A DNA stretch of 64,000 bases, taken from positions 39,061 to 103,060 of the IMG/VR virus record IMGVR_UViG_3300035685_000002. One strand, written 5' to 3'. Positions 60,705 through 64,000 of the stretch are shown here, piece by piece. Numbering within the stretch: the first letter of the stretch is position 1; each line of letters opens with the position of its first letter. This DNA is from a virus (lineage: Duplodnaviria; Caudoviricetes). Both the position numbers and the translations under genes were made by a program. The notes under the pieces are model-generated. The model had not been told where the DNA came from. It saw only the letters and a list, made by a program, of their open reading frames with translations, and searched no databases.

Positions 60705-60965
60705 ATGCTGAGAATTGAGCATTCTGGAATTCCTTCTCCCGTTTCTACTCATGGGTACTATGAAGGAGAACCTGTCAAGATAAAGAAGATTCGGTATGAC
60801 GGTACGAAGTTGCCTTACTTTGTGATGAAAAATGGTGGCAATTCAGACCTGTGGAAAGAGGTGTTGGATTACAACCAGATTGGTTCGATATTCGAGCTGG
60901 AAGAGGGGATAATGTTGGCTGTCCCTCAGGATGTTGAGGTTTTTAAGACTCACCCTGAAGCTTGA
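60705..60965 (+). CDS. LysM-like baseplate protein (tail X / gp53-like)
   Basis: G...LW..V...N......L..G..L.VP. Confidence 0.65.
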   Translation: MLRIEHSGIPSPVSTHGYYEGEPVKIKKIRYDGTKLPYFVMKNGGNSDLWKEVLDYNQIGSIFELEEGIMLAVPQDVEVFKTHPEA

Positions 60966-61044
60966 ATGACAAGCAAAAACACCAAAGAGCGATCGCATTA
61001 TTAGTGAATGCGATCGCTCTTGCTCAAAAAAATTTACTAGCAGT

Positions 61045-61494
61045 TTAAAGAAACACCAAAGGTGAACACTTGAATAGGGTTCCCAATTTCTCCGCCTGGG
61101 CTTTGCTGATAGTTCTTTTGCCCTGAGTAATTTCTGACACTATTTTGTAAGACCTAAAAACACTTACTAAATCTTTTTGCGTAAAATTTCTCTCTGTCAT
61201 TAATTCGTTCAATATCTCATATGGTTTTGCTCGTTCTAGTTGATAATGTTGGTCTTCAAATTCTTTTACAAGTACTGCTAGCAGATCTAGCATCTGTAAG
61301 TGATCTGGTGTTGTTTCTTCATCCAAGTCCAATATGTCATGTATTACAGATATGAAGAACTCGTTATCTTCTTCTGTTTTTATTGATCTTGGTTGTATTA
61401 TCTCCAGTAATTCACTGTAGGTTTTGTTTCTCAAGGAAGGTCGCGAATCGCTCATTATTTTTGCTTTATTTGATTCTGGGTAGTATTTTACCAC
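61045..61494 (-). CDS. HigA-like HTH antitoxin / transcriptional regulator
   Basis: PR.I.TEE.N, LDLLAVLV.EFE, LM......QKDL.....VSEI..GKR.IS..QA..L. Confidence 0.8.
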   Translation of the reverse strand: MVKYYPESNKAKIMSDSRPSLRNKTYSELLEIIQPRSIKTEEDNEFFISVIHDILDLDEETTPDHLQMLDLLAVLVKEFEDQHYQLERAKPYEILNELMTERNFTQKDLVSVFRSYKIVSEITQGKRTISKAQAEKLGTLFKCSPLVFL

Positions 61495-61497
61495 GAA

Positions 61498-63558
61498 CTA
61501 CTTGTAGCCGTATCTCTTCATTTCTCCGTGGTAGTCCCATCGCCCTCTTGGTCCCATGTCGATGTGGAAATACCCCCCATCTTCATCAAGACCTGCACCC
61601 CCCGGCCAGTTGGGCACTATTTCTTTGAGGAAGTAGTTGATAAAGTCTGGTGGCTCAATGTCGAGCGCGTGTCCTGACATATGCTCGGAATTTACAGCGG
61701 CTCCAGGTGTTGCGGCGTTCGTTTTTGGATCTCTATACCAACTGGCTATACGCCACTTACCCTTGCCCAATTTCTTAGTGAACTGCTCTAGGACTTGGGC
61801 GACCTTGATGATATTCTTGACGATCTCCTTACTCTCAGGCACTCTGCTGCCATTCCTGGTTGCATCTCCCCACGTATAAACTCCTCCAGGGACGATTGGA
61901 TCTCCCATCTTCAAGGAACTCCACTCTGGTGGATTTATTACCTTGTTCGGATCGATCGCAGGGTCATTAGGATTGACGACGGTTACCCCCACTGCGGACT
62001 TCTCTCCAATGTTGAATCCCGCAACCGTGGTTGCCCCGATCGCACTCTGCATTTGCAGAGCAGTTCGTTTGAATACCACAGGCTTGGAGATAAAGATACT
62101 GGGGTTGCTTTCAAAATCCAAAATGACTTCGCTGGTTGGAGTTTGGGCAGATGTTTCCGTAACTGTATTTCCCCGGACGATTACCACGTCTCCCCGGAGG
62201 GCTGCCTCTAGGGATGCGACTCTTGCTTTGGACTGCTGGAGATTGGAAGTGCCTTGGGACGAGGTGTCGAATTTCGTGTTTTTGGCAAATTTTAGATTAG
62301 TAGTGCCTAGAACGAATTGCTCTGCTGGAGTGGTAGCCTTTTTCTGAGAGTTATTTTTAATCTCACCAAAGAAGTCAGTCCCTTGTTTCTGGGTTGAGTT
62401 GGTCTGAGGAGTATTATTTGCCGGGGTTGGCAAAGCCTTGGAATTATCCTGAGCAGGGGTCGGGTTAGTGGTTGGAACAGTGGTTGTGGGTTTGATTGGA
62501 TTTGTGGTCTTCTTTTCGTCAGCCTTGGGTGTTGCGGGTGGGGTGGCAGTGGTGCTGGTTGGCTTACTGGTATTTCCAGAAGTATTAGGAGCCATGATCT
62601 CAGCTTTGACCGTACCGTGCCCCGCAGCTACGAGTCCGATCTTCTCGGCAGCTCCATAAGATAAGTCAATATCCCTTCCTGCAACGTATGGACCCCGGTC
62701 GTTCACCCGGACTACGACAGATTTGCCGTTATAAGTTACCCGGATCTGAGTTCCAAAAGCCAGTGTCTTGTGAGCGCAGGTCATTTTGGAGGAATCAAAT
62801 ATCTCTCCATTGGCAGTCTTCCTGCCGTCAAATCCATCTGTTTTCCCGTAGAAGGAGGCTCCCCAATTGTGAGTTTCCTTAACCGTTCCGCCGCTGCTCG
62901 TATCCTCTACCTTGTTCTGGCTATCAGGTGTTGCGGCTGTGTTCGTGGCGGAACTGCCGGATTGCTGTTGGAGTGCGATCGCCGCATCAACAGCCACAAC
63001 AATAGTCCCATCCGGTGGCATCCTGCCGTACTTGTAGATCTTGCCGCCAGAGAATTTATTGACTCGATACCCGTTGCTAAAGCCAATCTCGACTTCAACC
63101 GTTTGGGCGTCTTTAAGCTTCTCGAATATCTTGGCATCTGGGTCATTGAGTACGAACCGGGCTTCTGAGTGACGCCGGGTGTGTAGCCAGACGTGAGGGG
63201 GATGCTTGGCGATCAAGAGATGTCCCTCGCTGGAGTCGAACTCCATGTCGTCAATTTTTACCCGGAACTGAGCGACCAGTCTCTCATCCGCGCCTCTATC
63301 CTTCTTCTTGTCTGCGCCGGGTAGGGGCTTGATTAGGTCTTTGACATTACTAACTTGGATGGCGTCAAAGTTTAAGGGCTTGACCGGAGTGGTCTTAGTA
63401 AGTGGTGTGAGCTTAGTCTTGGTATCTACTTTGAGGGTAGAGGTATCGAATTTAGCGGTGTCCGCTGGATTGAATAGGAGTGGACCAGCGGGAGCTGGGG
63501 TCTGGGTGTTCTGTTTTGTTGTCGTTGCGGTTGGGGTGGCAGTAGCGGTGTCTGGCAT
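61498..63558 (-). CDS. Baseplate hub-like protein with RlpA (DPBB) lytic transglycosylase and M15A peptidase domains
   Basis: ASFYG..GRKTANGE..AHKTL..VNDRGP..DLS (RlpA); SWYR..N...S.HM.G.A.DI...HID (M15). Confidence 0.8.
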   Translation of the reverse strand: MPDTATATPTATTTKQNTQTPAPAGPLLFNPADTAKFDTSTLKVDTKTKLTPLTKTTPVKPLNFDAIQVSNVKDLIKPLPGADKKKDRGADERLVAQFRVKIDDMEFDSSEGHLLIAKHPPHVWLHTRRHSEARFVLNDPDAKIFEKLKDAQTVEVEIGFSNGYRVNKFSGGKIYKYGRMPPDGTIVVAVDAAIALQQQSGSSATNTAATPDSQNKVEDTSSGGTVKETHNWGASFYGKTDGFDGRKTANGEIFDSSKMTCAHKTLAFGTQIRVTYNGKSVVVRVNDRGPYVAGRDIDLSYGAAEKIGLVAAGHGTVKAEIMAPNTSGNTSKPTSTTATPPATPKADEKKTTNPIKPTTTVPTTNPTPAQDNSKALPTPANNTPQTNSTQKQGTDFFGEIKNNSQKKATTPAEQFVLGTTNLKFAKNTKFDTSSQGTSNLQQSKARVASLEAALRGDVVIVRGNTVTETSAQTPTSEVILDFESNPSIFISKPVVFKRTALQMQSAIGATTVAGFNIGEKSAVGVTVVNPNDPAIDPNKVINPPEWSSLKMGDPIVPGGVYTWGDATRNGSRVPESKEIVKNIIKVAQVLEQFTKKLGKGKWRIASWYRDPKTNAATPGAAVNSEHMSGHALDIEPPDFINYFLKEIVPNWPGGAGLDEDGGYFHIDMGPRGRWDYHGEMKRYGYK

Positions 63559-63688
63559 AGTAATAAAAAAGCCCCGGCGCAAGGGAGGGCCGGGGTCGGG
63601 TGTCTTCTACAGATTAGGAGTATTTTATTGGGCTGCTTCTTTAATAAACCTTTATTAAAGAAACCTTGTGTGAATCTGAAGTTCGGAA

Positions 63689-63970
63689 TTATTGGCTCTT
63701 AATTGCCAAAATTGACTTCTGTAAGTCAATCGCTATCTCTACTGAGCTATTTAAAATGGCTTCTGCTTCACTAAGCGAGAGCCTAGCTTCTCCGCTCAAA
63801 AAGGTGGCTATGTCAGATAAGAAGCTGGATAGATGCAATATAGGAATATCGTATTCCACCATTGCTTTGTTCTCGTCTTCCTTGTCGCAATACTTGACGG
63901 CAGTAATAAGTTTCTCCAGTTCATAGCAGTAGTATTGAGCAAGTCCAACATATAGTTCGAGTTTGCCCAT
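63689..63970 (-). CDS. Hypothetical protein
   Basis: 93-aa ORF. Confidence 0.55.
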   Translation of the reverse strand: MGKLELYVGLAQYYCYELEKLITAVKYCDKEDENKAMVEYDIPILHLSSFLSDIATFLSGEARLSLSEAEAILNSSVEIAIDLQKSILAIKSQ

Positions 63971-64000
63971 AGTGCCTTTTTCTTTACCGGACGCGATCGC

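Larger units (their letters stand above)
172..63657. repeat. Dispersed 16-bp near-palindrome TAATAAA(GG/CC)TTTATTA, about 38 copies (0-3 mismatches)
   Basis: Starts at 172, 550, 1726, 5522, 7680, 9111, 10375, 12099, 13504, 16327, 18365, 19718, 22787, 23786, 24471, 25687, 26810, 27466, 30175, 31104, 32973, 35859, 38112, 39488, 39950, 40435, 44046, 44762, 47403, 48767, 50696, 52134, 54837, 55696, 57340, 58914, 60322, 63642. Confidence 0.95.
842..64000. repeat. HIP1 octamer GCGATCGC, highly over-represented
   Basis: Roughly 80 copies by eye, against about 1 expected by chance. Confidence 0.9.

Noticed and set aside
172-63657. The 16-bp repeat as a CRISPR repeat, integron attC or recombinase crossover site
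   Set aside because: Spacing is kb-scale and variable, there is no cas or integrase gene in the window, there is no attC R/L box structure, and copies inside dnaE and the tape measure gene would make recombination destructive. Disfavoured, not formally excluded.
322-63926. Numerous short antisense or overlapping ORFs in the track; tRNA/rRNA genes
   Set aside because: The ORFs are shadows of longer genes with no independent signals. No tRNA or rRNA was recognised by eye.

Overview
This window is part of a large contractile-tailed (myovirus-type) cyanobacterial phage, prophage or phage-plasmid. The host assignment rests on very abundant HIP1 (GCGATCGC) and a cyanobacterial-type DnaE. Core genes include a 5'-truncated tape measure protein, a lambda GpA-type terminase large subunit, tail sheath and tube, baseplate gp25-, J- and LysM-like proteins, a gp5/VgrG-like spike, a hub carrying RlpA and M15 peptidase domains, an intein-free dnaE, a RecD2 helicase, nucleases and a TnpB-only IS200/IS605 element. 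The virion genes are scattered singly on both strands among more than 30 small accessory genes. Four layers of cis-signals stand out. (1) About 38 copies of a 16-bp near-palindrome TAATAAA(GG/CC)TTTATTA occur about every 1.7 kb, including inside essential CDSs. (2) About 33 copies of an extended -10 promoter TGTGATAAAAT-N6/7-GTAAACA each drive one small gene followed by a terminator. (3) Intrinsic terminators sit immediately before the start codons of virion genes, suggesting gene-by-gene antitermination control. (4) A conserved ~110-nt structured leader precedes both a BstA-like gene and an antirepressor-like gene. All counts and protein family calls were made by eye, without searches.
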